Shown here one piece after another: positions 46,508 to 57,536 of a stretch of 64,000 nucleotides of DNA (position 1 is its first letter; every line of letters starts with the position of its first letter). Below the pieces are notes generated by a model. The model searched no databases and had not been told where the DNA came from. It saw only the letters and a list, made by a program, of their open reading frames with translations. Both the position numbers and the translations under genes were made by a program. Source of the DNA: Opitutus sp. (GTDB lineage: Bacteria > Verrucomicrobiota > Verrucomicrobiia > Opitutales > Opitutaceae); NCBI GenBank assembly GCA_039928945.1, contig JBDSSD010000123.1:1-64000 (forward strand), read 5' to 3'.

Positions 46508-48016
46508 CTATTTTACTCCACACATCAGCCGTTTCACCCACGGCACGAGCGCGAGCAAGGCCAACGTGGCTACGCCGACAGAAAGGGCTTGGTGCCAGAA
46601 GAATGTCGCCAGCTGCTCGGGATTTTCGCTTTTGAATTCACCTGCGAGGACGCCCGCGAGTTTGTTGCCCAAGGCCGCCGCCAAAAACCAAATCCCCATG
46701 ACCAGGCCGGCGAGACGCTGGGGTGCGAGCTTCGTCATCGTTGAGAGTCCGACGGGGCTGAGCAGCATTTCTCCGGTTGTCTGCAAAAAGAACAGACCAA
46801 TCAGCCACAGGGGACTGACCCGTCCTTCGGCCGTCAATTTCGCAGCCGGCACCATCAGGACGAACGACAACGCGACAAACAAGAGACCTAATGCGAACTT
46901 CAGCGGACTCGATGGCTGGCGCGTGCCCATGCGAATCCAAAGGAACGCGAACAATGGAGCGAGAAGGATGACCCAGATCGAATTCACCGACTGCCACCAC
47001 GAAGACGGAAACGGCCAACCGAAGACTTCGTTGCGAGTCAGGCGGTCGGCGAACAGTGAGATGGTCGAGCCGGTTTGCTCGAAAATGGCCCAGAAGATTT
47101 CTGCAGCGATAAAGAAGATCAGGATGGCGGCGAGACGCTTGCTGTCTTGATCGCGCCGAAAGGCGAAGAAGAGGACGGCCAGGATCTGGACTGCGAACAG
47201 CCCGTAGATCAGCGAGGGATGAGCGTCGCTCGCGCGCATCGTTGCGATGAGCGCCAGCGAGGCGACAGCCACCAGAGCGAGTTTTCCCCAAGGCCGGGAA
47301 CCGTCAGCGGCCGGAGCGGGCGGCAAGCCAACATGAGCGAGCCGATCGCGCTGCAATACATACATGATGAGACCAAACGTCATGCCGACGCCAGCGGCAG
47401 CAAATCCCCAGTGCCAGCTGTGCGTCGGGTCAAAGCCCCAACTCGTCAGCTGTGCGCGCCAGCTTTCACTCTGCGCCAAATGTCCCGTGATAAGCGGCGC
47501 AAGAAATGCACCTATATTGATCCCCATGTAGAAAATGGAAAAGCCGGCGTCACGGCGGACGTCCGTCGGGCTATAAAGCGCACCCACCATCGTCGAGATG
47601 TTGGGTTTCAGGAGCCCGGTACCGACGGCGATCAGCACGAGGCCGGAGAAAAACGTCAGCTGCGAATTGAGCGCCATGGCGAAGTGGCCACTCGCAATGA
47701 TGATGCCGCCTATGAGCACGGCGCGCCGGGAACCGATGAAATTATCGGCGATGAAACCGCCCAGGATGCTCAACAAGTACACGCTCATCGTGTAGGTGCC
47801 GTAGATTGCGGCGGCGCGTTTCGTGTCGTACCCAAGTCCCCCTTCAGCGGCCGTTTTGACCATGAAGAGAATGAGCAGCGCTCGCATCCCGTAATAGCTG
47901 AAGCGCTCCCACATTTCGGTGAAGAAGAGGGTGGTGAGCCCGCGGGGATGCCCGCCGATTCCGCTCCGATCGACGTGTTCAGAGGCCTTGCCCACCGGTG
48001 CCGGTGAAGAAATCAT
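46508..48016 (-). CDS. POT/PTR2-family proton-dependent oligopeptide transporter
   Basis: ..LFFTEMWERFSYYGMRALLILFM.. is the PTR2 signature. Confidence 0.85.
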   Translation of the reverse strand: MISSPAPVGKASEHVDRSGIGGHPRGLTTLFFTEMWERFSYYGMRALLILFMVKTAAEGGLGYDTKRAAAIYGTYTMSVYLLSILGGFIADNFIGSRRAVLIGGIIIASGHFAMALNSQLTFFSGLVLIAVGTGLLKPNISTMVGALYSPTDVRRDAGFSIFYMGINIGAFLAPLITGHLAQSESWRAQLTSWGFDPTHSWHWGFAAAGVGMTFGLIMYVLQRDRLAHVGLPPAPAADGSRPWGKLALVAVASLALIATMRASDAHPSLIYGLFAVQILAVLFFAFRRDQDSKRLAAILIFFIAAEIFWAIFEQTGSTISLFADRLTRNEVFGWPFPSSWWQSVNSIWVILLAPLFAFLWIRMGTRQPSSPLKFALGLLFVALSFVLMVPAAKLTAEGRVSPLWLIGLFFLQTTGEMLLSPVGLSTMTKLAPQRLAGLVMGIWFLAAALGNKLAGVLAGEFKSENPEQLATFFWHQALSVGVATLALLALVPWVKRLMCGVK

Positions 48017-48127
48017 GCGATGACGTTGTGCGACGACCTCTCAACCGCAAAGGCGAAAACGAGATGCCGCGGAGTACGGATCGGCCAAATGATTTGCGGG
48101 GTTCAAAGAGCAACACATGGTCGGTCG

Positions 48128-49330
48128 ATGAAACTGCTGAGGCTGAGCGCTGTGTATCTCGTGTTGTTGGGCAATCTCCGTGCTGGACCAGAGGCGTTGC
48201 TCGTGCCGCCAACCGAAACGGCTCATGCCGGAAAAATCCTCCACCTCACCTTATTTCTGAACAATCCAACGACGGAGTCGTCGGATTTTGTCCTGCCTAG
48301 TGCGATGCAGGCGACATTGGTCAGTACGCGCGAACAACGCACCGTTCCCGTTGTGCCCGACGCCATGCCGGCGGGTGAAAAAATCCCACTCGCGCCGATG
48401 AGTTTCAAGCAAGTGGGAGTGTCGGTCACGTTGCCGGATACCCTCGAAGGTAATGTCTCCATGCGGATCAGTGACCCGGACTCGAATGCGGTGATGTTTG
48501 CCGTTCTTCCGGCGCCCGTCGTCAACGCGTCACCTCAAGCGTCACGCCAGGCGAAACAAGCGGCGGTGGATCACCCCGAAGATCTCGATCTCACGACGGA
48601 GCAGGAGAAACTCAGGGGACATATCTCTGGTTACGATCCGATCTACCTCGCGGTCGGCTTCCATGCAAAAACCACCGCGAAGTTTCAGTTCAGCTTCAAA
48701 TACCGGCTGTTTGGGCCTTCGGGAAACATACCCGATTGGTGGCGAGAGCTGTACTTCGGCTACACTCAGACCTCCTTGTGGGATTTGTCCGACGCCTCAA
48801 AGCCGTTTTACGACACGAGCTACAAGCCCGCGGTTTTCTTCTGGAAGGAGACGATCAACCGGAAGCCCGATTGGCTGACCCGATTGGGATTCCAAGCTGG
48901 CCTTCAGCACGAATCTAACGGCAGTTCCGGGGACGTCTCACGCAGTTTGAACACGGCATTCATTACGCCGTATCTCACCCGTACGTTGACGCGCAGGTGG
49001 AGCATCACCGTCGCGCCGCGAGTCCTGGCGTATTTGGAGAAGAGTGAGAATCCGCGGATTCCCGAGTACCGGGGCTATGTTGATCTCATGATCCGGGTGG
49101 GAGCTAACCAAGGCGTGGAGCTGACCTCTTATCTTAGAAAGGGCAGTGACTCGCGGTACGGCAGTGCGCAATTCGACCTGACATGGCCTCTGCGCAAGAT
49201 CCCCGGCGTCGCCTCGACCGTGGGCGGCAATCTTCTGCTGCAGTACTTCAACGGTTGGGGCGAAAGCCTGCGCGACTACAATCTCCGTCGTCCTGATCAA
49301 GTGCGCGTGGGCTTTATGTTAGCCCGCTGA
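48128..49330 (+). CDS. pldA: outer-membrane phospholipase A1 (OMPLA)
   Basis: ..YDPIYLAVGF.., ..QAGLQHESNGSSGD.. (catalytic His-Ser) and ..YFNGWGESLRDYN.. are present. The signal peptide starts at the ATG at 48128 (verified). Confidence 0.85.
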   Translation: MKLLRLSAVYLVLLGNLRAGPEALLVPPTETAHAGKILHLTLFLNNPTTESSDFVLPSAMQATLVSTREQRTVPVVPDAMPAGEKIPLAPMSFKQVGVSVTLPDTLEGNVSMRISDPDSNAVMFAVLPAPVVNASPQASRQAKQAAVDHPEDLDLTTEQEKLRGHISGYDPIYLAVGFHAKTTAKFQFSFKYRLFGPSGNIPDWWRELYFGYTQTSLWDLSDASKPFYDTSYKPAVFFWKETINRKPDWLTRLGFQAGLQHESNGSSGDVSRSLNTAFITPYLTRTLTRRWSITVAPRVLAYLEKSENPRIPEYRGYVDLMIRVGANQGVELTSYLRKGSDSRYGSAQFDLTWPLRKIPGVASTVGGNLLLQYFNGWGESLRDYNLRRPDQVRVGFMLAR

Positions 49331-49363
49331 CCGCGGTGAACCGCGATCGCTCGAAACGCGGCC

Positions 49364-49798
49364 TCAGCCGTGGTGAACCTGCGTGGCGTGTACGTTGGTG
49401 CGGGGCTCGGGCTCCGTCCAGGCACGCACGGCGGGGCTGTTGAGCGCGAACAATTGCCACACGCCGTAGATCACCCCGAAAGCGACGGTGACCAGCATGA
49501 AAATCAGCCGTTGGGTACTAAGTGGCTCGGACTGCTGCGGGAGCAACCAACCGAAGGCGGCAGCGCCGATTACGAGAGAAGCCAAGATGCAAAATGCGCC
49601 CCAAATCATCCCTGCGCGGCGCGCACAGTCACAGCGCAAAACAATGCCGACACCGATGCCGACCATGATCACATCCCACATGAGCGGGAAGAACAGGGGG
49701 AATGGCTCGGGACGGGGAGCGTTCTCAATCAAGGCGATCGTTCCGGACACCGCGAACAACGCGCCGCAAACCAACGTGCAAAGGGGCAACTTTTTCAT
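49364..49798 (-). CDS. hypothetical 4-TM membrane protein
   Basis: It is a hydrophobic 144-aa ORF (MKKLPLCTLVCGALFAVSGTIALI..). Confidence 0.45.
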   Translation of the reverse strand: MKKLPLCTLVCGALFAVSGTIALIENAPRPEPFPLFFPLMWDVIMVGIGVGIVLRCDCARRAGMIWGAFCILASLVIGAAAFGWLLPQQSEPLSTQRLIFMLVTVAFGVIYGVWQLFALNSPAVRAWTEPEPRTNVHATQVHHG

Positions 49799-49883
49799 AG
49801 GGGGGCGACCTACAGGGGTCGATCAACGTGACGGGTCAGTGATACGTGTCGAGGGTGGAGATGCTCATGCAGCTGGATCGCTT

Positions 49884-50303
49884 TTACGGATGGCGGAAAA
49901 GTGGCTTGAGGATTTCTTCGACGACGGCGGCGGGGTCTTTTGTGACAAGGGTCGGCTGTCGATAAGACCCGCGCGCGAGCGGTTGGTTGTTGTGCGCGCG
50001 TGATATTTCGATGTCCAGCTGGAGAAGGTACGATTTGAAATCCCAAGCCCACTCGTCGCGGTAAGTGATGACCGCTTCGGTTGACTGGGGCATCATCGTT
50101 AGTGGACCAGCCGCCGCCTCGCGGCCCAACGAGTGGAGGTGAGCGACGATCGTGTCATCGATATGATGATCATCGGTCAGGCGATGGATCACGTAGAATC
50201 GCTGCAGCCCGCTTAGATTGGCGTGCGGATCACGGTGGGTGTTAACGCTTGAGCAGGAACAGAGCAGCGAGGCGATGCCCAGCAGGAATACGGAAACTTT
50301 CAT
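49884..50303 (-). CDS. hypothetical lipoprotein/secreted protein
   Basis: The signal peptide MKVSVFLLGIASLLCSCSS has Cys residues near the cleavage region. Confidence 0.45.
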   Translation of the reverse strand: MKVSVFLLGIASLLCSCSSVNTHRDPHANLSGLQRFYVIHRLTDDHHIDDTIVAHLHSLGREAAAGPLTMMPQSTEAVITYRDEWAWDFKSYLLQLDIEISRAHNNQPLARGSYRQPTLVTKDPAAVVEEILKPLFRHP

Positions 50304-50449
50304 CGCGAACGCCTAGACAGCGCGCACTAACCTTGGTTGGCAATGATTGTCCGCTCATCTCCGCGATCGGATCGTCGGGAAGAACCTGAACTCGATGAGA
50401 GGCAAAGGTGCGTGGGCCTTGCTGATCGCCGCAGCGCGGACGGAAGACG

Positions 50450-51286
50450 TCACCTTGGCGGCTTCCCGGCAGCGAACACACGGATGTAGTCGATCGTAAG
50501 CGTTTGCGGAAATGGGGTGGTCTCATCGGGTGGACCGGGCCAGTTGCCGCCGACGGCGAGGTTCACGAGGATAATGAACGGGGCATCGTTGAAAACCCAA
50601 CGCGCGCCCGCGGGGAGCGAGGCCGGGGTCGCCGTGTGATAGGGCGCGCCATCGAAAAACCACTCGATCCTGTCGGGGGACCATTCGATCGAATATACAT
50701 GGTAGGCCTGATCCAGCGTGCCGGTCTGAAGCCGCGTCTTGCCCGTCAACGCATTCGGGCCGGAGTAGCCGGGACCGTGTAAAGTGCCGTAGACCGTGTC
50801 GGGGTTGGCGTTGATGACTTCAACCACGTCGATCTCGCCGCATTTGGGCCACCCGACGGTTGAAATGTTTTCTCCGAGCATCCAGAAAGCCGGCCAAATT
50901 CCCTTGCCGTTCGTCGTCCGCAATCGCGCTTCAATTTTCCCGTAGCTCATCACGAACTTACCCAGGGTTTTCAGACGAGCCGACGTGTACTTGCCGTCCG
51001 ACCCCCGCAGCGCGCGAAGCACCAGCGCCTTTCCGTCCGCCGCATTGGCATCCGCGATGAGGGACGCGTTTTCAGTCGCGCGCGTGTAGGTCTGAAGTTC
51101 TTGGTTTCCCCAACCCTTGCCGCCTTCGTCGTAAATCCAATGCGCCGAATTGGGCGCCGAGTTGATGGCGCCGTCAAATTCGTCGCTCCAAATCAGTCGC
51201 CGATCATCTGCCGCGTGGCCCGGACTCGCCAACGGGCAAAAGGCGACTCCCAGTTGCAGCATGAGGCGGAGCATCGTCGGTTTCAT
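50450..51286 (-). CDS. glycoside hydrolase family 16 (laminarinase/beta-1,3-glucanase-like)
   Basis: It has the GH16 catalytic motif (..WPKCGEIDVVEVI..). The signal peptide starts at the ATG at 51284-51286 (verified). Confidence 0.85.
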   Translation of the reverse strand: MKPTMLRLMLQLGVAFCPLASPGHAADDRRLIWSDEFDGAINSAPNSAHWIYDEGGKGWGNQELQTYTRATENASLIADANAADGKALVLRALRGSDGKYTSARLKTLGKFVMSYGKIEARLRTTNGKGIWPAFWMLGENISTVGWPKCGEIDVVEVINANPDTVYGTLHGPGYSGPNALTGKTRLQTGTLDQAYHVYSIEWSPDRIEWFFDGAPYHTATPASLPAGARWVFNDAPFIILVNLAVGGNWPGPPDETTPFPQTLTIDYIRVFAAGKPPR

Positions 51287-51408
51287 CGGCAGTGGGGCGG
51301 GTTGGATTTGGCGTGGCGGTGCATCAGCCCGTGCGGTGCTGGGTGAGCGGAGCTGGCGGCGCACTCAAGCGACTGTTTCGCGGGGACAGACGACGTGCCC
51401 AGGACGGG

Positions 51409-52764
51409 TTAGAGGATGCGGTTCTCGGCGATCACGCGTGCGTACCACCGGGCGCTGAGTTTTGGCGTGCGGCGCTGAGTCTTGAAATCGTTATAAACGA
51501 TCCCGAAACGTTTCACGTAGCCTTCCGCCCACTCGAAGTTGTCGAGGAATGACCACAGGAAGTAACCGTGCACGGGCAGACCGTCTTCGATGGCACGGTG
51601 GACGGCGATCAAGTGGTTACGGACATAGTCGCGCCGATGAAGGTCGATGATTTCCCCCGATGCATTCGGCTGGTCCTCGTAACCGGCACCATTTTCCGTC
51701 ACGTACAGCGCGGTGGGCCCGTAAAGTCGGGCCGCGTGGTGAAGAGCCCAATACATGGATTGGGGCGCGTGGTTGAGCCAGCTTAGGTCTGCGCGCGGAT
51801 AATTCCCGGGCAGCGTGAGGGTCTCAGGTTTTCCGTGGCGACCGGCGCGAACGAAGCTACCCGAGTAGACGTTGAGTCCCAGGAAGTCGGAAGGTTGGGC
51901 AATCAAAGCCAGGTCACCTTTGTCGACCCGCGGACGGTCTGCGCCCAGCTTGGCTAGGTAGGAGGCCGGGTAGCGACCGTGATAAATGGGTGCCAGGATA
52001 TGCGCGCAACCGGCAGTAAAAAGAGTTTCGGCCGCAGCGATGTCGGGCGCGGTTTCGGTAACTGGAATCGGCACGTCCGGATTGTGGACGAGCCCTACGC
52101 GTGCGCCGCGTCCGCCCCATTCCCGCACGGCGCCCACGCCGTAACCGTGCGCCAATAGAGCGTGATGGTAAGCCTGGCTCACGACTCGCTGGCTTTCTTT
52201 CGCTCCGGGTGCGTGGACCCCACGCTGGTAGGACAAACCAATGAAGCACGGAATCTCATTCAGCGTGATCCAGTGTTTGACGCGGTCGCCGAGAGTTCGA
52301 ACCACGACTTGAGCGTAGGTCGCAAACGCCTCCGCGGTTTGTCGCACGCGCCAGCCTCCTTCGTCCTCGAGCGCCTGGGGAAGGTCCCAGTGATAAAGGG
52401 TGACCCACGGAGTGATGCCCTCCTTGAGCATGCGATCGATCAGGCGCTGATAAAAATCCAGCCCGCGACCGTTGGGCGTTCCGCGACCCGCGGGGATGAT
52501 TCTCGGCCAGGCCACGGACAAGCGATGGTGCTTGATGCCGAGGCGACGCATCAGCGCGAAATCCGTCCGGAAACGATGGTAATGATCGCACGCGATCGCC
52601 GGGGTATCGCCGTTAACGACATGCCCGGGGGTGGCCGCGAAGCGGTCCCAGATGGACTCACCGCGGCCGTGGACCGTGGTGGCGCCTTCGATCTGCGGAG
52701 CGGCCGTGGCGACGCCCCAGACGAAGTTGCGCGGAAAAGTATACGAAAGGGTGGAGCGTTTCAT
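51409..52764 (-). CDS. glycoside hydrolase family 1 beta-glucosidase
   Basis: ..FVWGVATAAPQIEG.., ..TLYHWDLPQALED.. and ..YVTENGAGY.. are present. The ATG at 52762-52764 was verified. Confidence 0.88.
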   Translation of the reverse strand: MKRSTLSYTFPRNFVWGVATAAPQIEGATTVHGRGESIWDRFAATPGHVVNGDTPAIACDHYHRFRTDFALMRRLGIKHHRLSVAWPRIIPAGRGTPNGRGLDFYQRLIDRMLKEGITPWVTLYHWDLPQALEDEGGWRVRQTAEAFATYAQVVVRTLGDRVKHWITLNEIPCFIGLSYQRGVHAPGAKESQRVVSQAYHHALLAHGYGVGAVREWGGRGARVGLVHNPDVPIPVTETAPDIAAAETLFTAGCAHILAPIYHGRYPASYLAKLGADRPRVDKGDLALIAQPSDFLGLNVYSGSFVRAGRHGKPETLTLPGNYPRADLSWLNHAPQSMYWALHHAARLYGPTALYVTENGAGYEDQPNASGEIIDLHRRDYVRNHLIAVHRAIEDGLPVHGYFLWSFLDNFEWAEGYVKRFGIVYNDFKTQRRTPKLSARWYARVIAENRIL

Positions 52765-52795
52765 AAACGCCCCGGCGGAAACAGTGGGCGCAGCC

Positions 52796-53848
52796 TCAGA
52801 CGGGTGACGGAGCGGCGATCGTTTCACCTTCGACGAGACGGGCCTCGACGAGGATTTTCCGGCGGGGAGAGCTAGGGTGCATCATTCGGCTGTACAGACG
52901 AGCGACGGCAGAACTGCCGATGTCTTCGTGCGGCACGAGCATCGAGGTGACACGGCGCATATTCGCAGGCGGTTCGAGACCATCAAACCCGGTGACCGAA
53001 CAATCTTCCGGCACGCGAATACCGCGCTGCTGCAGTCCATGCATCAAACTGTAGGCTTGGTGATCAGCTGCGCAGACCCAAGCCGTCACATGGTCCTGTC
53101 TCAACTTATTCACTACAAAATCGGCAATTTCAGTTTCGCGAAGATGAGGCGTGGTCTTGCTGATATTGACCACCCAGTCCTGTCGGAACTCGAGCCCGTG
53201 GTGAAAAAGAGCTTCAACGTACCCGCCGAAACGGCGCAAAGACCAATGGCCTCCGACGGGATAGTCGTGGGTGATAAAACCGATACAACGATGCCCCGCA
53301 TCCTTCAATCGCGTAACCAGCGTGAGCATTGCTGAAGTGTCGTCGGTATCGATGATATCGATCGTCGAACTGGCGTAGCTCTCGAGCACGGCGACCGTCG
53401 AAATTTTCCGCGCAATCAGATCAACGGCTTCCTCGGGAAACGGGTAAATGAGAATGGTGCCGCGCCAGTCGCCCGCACGAATGTGCCGGAATACGCGCTG
53501 ACGCTTCGAAGTCGGATCCAGCGAAGCGGGTTTTTCGAAGCACACATCGACCGCGAGGTGTTCGATCTCAGCGCGTTCACGAATGCCCTGGAGAATGAAC
53601 GGGAACGTCGCGAGCGCCACGTTCTCCGCAGGTACGCCGATCAGTACTCCGATGGTGGCTGCTTTCGACTGACGAGATCGGCGAACGCCTCGCGCCGGGT
53701 TGCTGTGGTACCCCATCTCCGCGGCGAGCTTTTGGACCTTCTCACGAGTCTCGGCGCTGATGGCGGGATGGTTGGCGAGACTGCGGGAAACGGTCGTCCG
53801 CGAGACATTCAGTCGTTCTGCGAGCAACTGTTGGTTCAACGAACGCAT
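52796..53848 (-). CDS. LacI-family transcriptional regulator
   Basis: The HTH (MRSLNQQLLAERLNVSRTTVSRSLANHP) is followed by a periplasmic-binding-fold sugar sensor. The ATG at 53846-53848 was verified. Confidence 0.85.
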   Translation of the reverse strand: MRSLNQQLLAERLNVSRTTVSRSLANHPAISAETREKVQKLAAEMGYHSNPARGVRRSRQSKAATIGVLIGVPAENVALATFPFILQGIRERAEIEHLAVDVCFEKPASLDPTSKRQRVFRHIRAGDWRGTILIYPFPEEAVDLIARKISTVAVLESYASSTIDIIDTDDTSAMLTLVTRLKDAGHRCIGFITHDYPVGGHWSLRRFGGYVEALFHHGLEFRQDWVVNISKTTPHLRETEIADFVVNKLRQDHVTAWVCAADHQAYSLMHGLQQRGIRVPEDCSVTGFDGLEPPANMRRVTSMLVPHEDIGSSAVARLYSRMMHPSSPRRKILVEARLVEGETIAAPSPV

Positions 53849-53941
53849 TGCGGAGGTAAAAACGCGAAAAGTGACGTGGGGGGTAACACGGGGCGAGGCG
53901 AAAGGATCAAACACAACCGTAGATTACAAGCATGAAAAAAT

Positions 53942-54086
53942 ATGTGCACATTAATGAAGAATTTGCGCAGTCAATTCGCTCATTCGTGCTGCGTTGTAGA
54001 TCGATGGTGCTCCCGTTTCATAGGCAAAAATCGGTATTTGCGTCGCTGTTTTGGCATGCGGATGTGTGCACATAATCTGTGCACAA
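53942..54086. promoter_or_regulatory. Three TGTGCACA-core palindromes (ATGTGCACAT about 53942-53951; TGTGCACA about 54066-54073 and about 54078-54085) in a lower-GC divergent promoter region between the LacI-family gene and the TonB-dependent receptor
   Basis: The palindromes are seen directly in the sequence. The tandem pair is 12 bp centre-to-centre. Confidence 0.5.
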
Positions 54087-54296
54087 TTCCGTTGACAACG
54101 TCAGATTCTCGCAGCTCGATTCTGCCCTGTTGACCCGGTCTGTCGGTGCAACCTTCACCCCAACCCCTCTACTGGACGTTACCCCTTTCGCCTGCTTGCT
54201 ACGGCCGTTGTGCCGCGGTTTTTGCGTGTGAGGGGTGTCACTGGTTCAGGAGGAGAAGGGGGACGAGATCCAATAACACCTCCCTCCGTTCCTCCC

Positions 54297-57200
54297 ATGA
54301 ATAAACCCCACGTCCCGTCTCATCGGGATCGTCTCCTGGCCGCTTTCGTCGCGCTCGGGCTGCTCGCTACGCCGCCCCTCGTGGCTCAAACCACCAGCGC
54401 TCCAGCATCCGGCGCGGACGAGACCGTCGTCCTTTCGCCGTTCACCGTTTCGACCCAAAAGGACCGTGGGTACGCCGCCACTAACGTGATTTCAGGATCC
54501 CGCGTCGACACGGCGATCAAGGATCTGCCCCTGCCGATGCAGGTCATCACGAGCGAGTTCATTACCGATACCGGCGCGACCGACCTGCGTAAATCTCTCT
54601 CCTACGTCGCCGGAATTTCACTACAGACGCAGAACGATCTGGAAAACAAAGGCGGCGTGGGTGGGATTCAGAGCGGGGCCTACGGTCCGGGTGGCGTCAA
54701 TAATCCCGAGGGCATCACCTCGAACATTAGCGGAACGCAGCTGAAGATTCGTGGCTTCATCACGAACAATGTTCTGCGGAACGGTTTTCTTCGTGGCAGC
54801 CCCAGCGATGCGATTAACATCGATCGTATCGAGGTGGTTCAGGGGCCAAATGCGCTCCTCTACGGTACAGGCAATTTCGGCGGCGTCGTTGATTATCTGA
54901 CCAAGCGGCCCTTGAACCGGCAGCAAACCCGTCTCTCCGTTGGCTACGGTTCGTACGACTACATGCGTGCGACGCTCGATACGACGGGCCCGATCAGCAA
55001 AGATCACCATGTCGACTACCGCCTGGTGGGCGCATGGGAGAGCTCGAAAACCAACATCGATTACCAGAAAAATTCTCACGTCTTCATCGCTCCGTCGTTT
55101 TCCTGGAAGCCGACGAGCACCACGGAAATCTCGCTCGAGACGGAGTACACCAAGGCGAAACAAAATGGTTATGGCTTTCGCGCTCTCCGCGCCGCGCAAG
55201 GCACCGGCGCTACGCCGATCAACAATGATCAACTCGAGGCGACGGGTTTCTATTGGCCGCCGGGTGCTGACAAGCGGACCTTCAATCTCGGCGGGCCGAC
55301 CACGTTCAACAATCAGGAGCAATCCAACATCCAGCTGATCGCGACGCAGCAACTGTTGAAGCAAAGTGACGTCCTGCCGCAGGTCGACTTCCTGGTCGGT
55401 TACAATCACACCGATTACGATGTGAAGACGCAGGATGCCAACGGCGGCATTCAGCAAGTTTCCGTCGGCAATCCCGGTTTCAATCTCTCACAGACGATTA
55501 CACTCACGTCGCTCGATAACGGGCTCGACGGCGTCACGCCGTCCAACGGCAACCTTCAGTACGGCACCTTTCAAAACGAAGTCGTCCGCTACGCCTGGAA
55601 TAAATACCACGCCGAAACGACGCGGGATCAGGAACGCGTGGAACTCACCGCGCGCAAGAATCTCTTCGTCGGCCGCTGGTTCCAGCTCGAAGACCAGGTG
55701 CTGGCTGGTTATTCGGAACTCTATAACGAGATATCGTCGGACAACAAACAGACGATCCCGGGCCTCTACAGCTTCAAGGGCCCACTCGACCTGAAACCGA
55801 TTGTGTTTGGCGTCCAGGGCGACGGATCCCCGGCACCTGCCCTGTATCAGAACAATCGCGACAACATCAACAAGGGATGGGATCGCGCCTTTTACATCAA
55901 CAACTTCCTTAAATTTGGGAAACTGTGGGGTGTTGAGGACCGGATCATCCTCATGACCGGCATCCGCCGTGACACGAGCGACAACTGGTCGACGAATACG
56001 GGCGTCACGATCACGAATGTCGCGACCACGACGACGAGTGTGGCCGCGCAGGCGAGAACGACCTCCAAGCAGCTGGGCGTAATGGTGAAGCTCACCAAGA
56101 GCCTTTCGGCTTTCGCCCTGAAGGCGGACGGCTTCCAGCCAAACTTCGGCGGCCTGCACGAGTCTCTCACCGGCGCACCGGTCGGAGCTGATACCGCGAA
56201 GAGCAAAGAGTACGGCATCAAGTTCGATTTCCTCGACGGCAAGATCTCCGGATCCATCAGCCGGTATAAGATCACGAAGAACGCCTGGCTCGGCCAAGGA
56301 TTCTCTACTCCTGCGCCTCTCGGTCACCCGCGTTTCGATCCAACGAAACCGATCATCTACAATCTTGGTGACGCTAATGGTACCGGCTTCTACAATCCAT
56401 TCCCAGGCCAGTTCACGCCAAATGGTCAGACCTACACGCCCAATGCCGCGCAGCAGGCAGCATGGATTGCGGCGGCGAATGCGGGTGCGATCACGCTCGT
56501 CTCGCCGATCAACGGCAAGAGCGCGACTCCGGGCAGTATCTACCTCAACGCCAGCAAAGCTGAAGGTGCGGCGTGGATGGATGCGTTCTTCAAAGCCGCA
56601 GCACCCGGCTGGGCCGGCTGGCCTTATTATGGCAACGACATCAATGATCCGGGAATCAACAATGCCACGCTTGACGACGGTGCATTCCAAAACGGCCCAC
56701 AGCAAAACGCGCTTCCGGCGATTTCCGAGGCGACCGGTTGGGACGGCACAATCCTTTACACCCCGAACGATCATTTCCAACTCGTCTTCTCCGGCGCCGT
56801 GAACAGCTCGGTAAAGCTCACCAACAAGGGTCAGTGGATCAAGTACCCGTACCCTCAGGACCGATGGGCAACGTGGTACTTCCCCAACGGTGGTTTCGGT
56901 CTGAAGGGACAAACGCTTGCTGAGGCCTACACCGATCCAACCGACACCTCGACGCGCACGAATACGGGTACGTTCCCCGGCGACGACACGCCAAAGAATC
57001 GCTACACCGTGTTCGCGAACTACAAGTTCGACGGGTCGCTCAAAGGTTGGGTCACAGGTCTCGGCGCAGATTGGGCATCCAAACGTGCGTACTTCTCGGG
57101 CGTCACTCACGGCAGCAACCAGGTGCAGACGGACGTGAACGGCAAAGTCATCGTCCTCTACATGCCATCGCAGCTGCGACTAAACGCGTTCGTCCGAAAG

Positions 57201-57332
57201 GCGTGGAAGTCCGATGGGCGTTATCACTCCGTGCAGCTCAACGTGGATAATTTGCTGAACGATACGAAGCTGTATGGCCTCATCTACAATCCTCCGATTA
57301 CGGCGAAGGTAACTTACGAGCTGTCGTTCTAA
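54297..57332 (+). CDS. TonB-dependent outer-membrane receptor (large, about 1010 aa; putative glycan importer)
   Basis: A signal peptide is followed by a plug domain (..DETVVLSPFTVST..) and a C-terminal ..TYELSF barrel terminus. The ATG at 54297 was verified. Confidence 0.85.
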   Translation: MNKPHVPSHRDRLLAAFVALGLLATPPLVAQTTSAPASGADETVVLSPFTVSTQKDRGYAATNVISGSRVDTAIKDLPLPMQVITSEFITDTGATDLRKSLSYVAGISLQTQNDLENKGGVGGIQSGAYGPGGVNNPEGITSNISGTQLKIRGFITNNVLRNGFLRGSPSDAINIDRIEVVQGPNALLYGTGNFGGVVDYLTKRPLNRQQTRLSVGYGSYDYMRATLDTTGPISKDHHVDYRLVGAWESSKTNIDYQKNSHVFIAPSFSWKPTSTTEISLETEYTKAKQNGYGFRALRAAQGTGATPINNDQLEATGFYWPPGADKRTFNLGGPTTFNNQEQSNIQLIATQQLLKQSDVLPQVDFLVGYNHTDYDVKTQDANGGIQQVSVGNPGFNLSQTITLTSLDNGLDGVTPSNGNLQYGTFQNEVVRYAWNKYHAETTRDQERVELTARKNLFVGRWFQLEDQVLAGYSELYNEISSDNKQTIPGLYSFKGPLDLKPIVFGVQGDGSPAPALYQNNRDNINKGWDRAFYINNFLKFGKLWGVEDRIILMTGIRRDTSDNWSTNTGVTITNVATTTTSVAAQARTTSKQLGVMVKLTKSLSAFALKADGFQPNFGGLHESLTGAPVGADTAKSKEYGIKFDFLDGKISGSISRYKITKNAWLGQGFSTPAPLGHPRFDPTKPIIYNLGDANGTGFYNPFPGQFTPNGQTYTPNAAQQAAWIAAANAGAITLVSPINGKSATPGSIYLNASKAEGAAWMDAFFKAAAPGWAGWPYYGNDINDPGINNATLDDGAFQNGPQQNALPAISEATGWDGTILYTPNDHFQLVFSGAVNSSVKLTNKGQWIKYPYPQDRWATWYFPNGGFGLKGQTLAEAYTDPTDTSTRTNTGTFPGDDTPKNRYTVFANYKFDGSLKGWVTGLGADWASKRAYFSGVTHGSNQVQTDVNGKVIVLYMPSQLRLNAFVRKAWKSDGRYHSVQLNVDNLLNDTKLYGLIYNPPITAKVTYELSF

Positions 57333-57373
57333 ACGCCGCGATCTTGCATCGATTGTGATGGTCCATCAGTCCG

Positions 57374-57410
57374 ATCCCCGCCGCAGACTCGCGGCGGGGA
57401 TTTTTGTTTT
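57374..57410 (+). terminator. Rho-independent terminator (CCCCGCCGC-AGACTC-GCGGCGGGG + T-rich tail)
   Basis: A 9-bp GC stem is followed by ATTTTTGTTTTC. It lies right after the TonB receptor stop. Confidence 0.7.
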
Positions 57411-57536
57411 CTCGGTTCGACGCCCATCGGTGGTGTACTGAGTTCGTCCTTACGAAACCAGGCGAAAACTTCTGTCCCGCGGCAACGTTTCGTGGTGGCG
57501 CAAGCTGCCCGGGATTTTCTACACTTGCTTACCCCA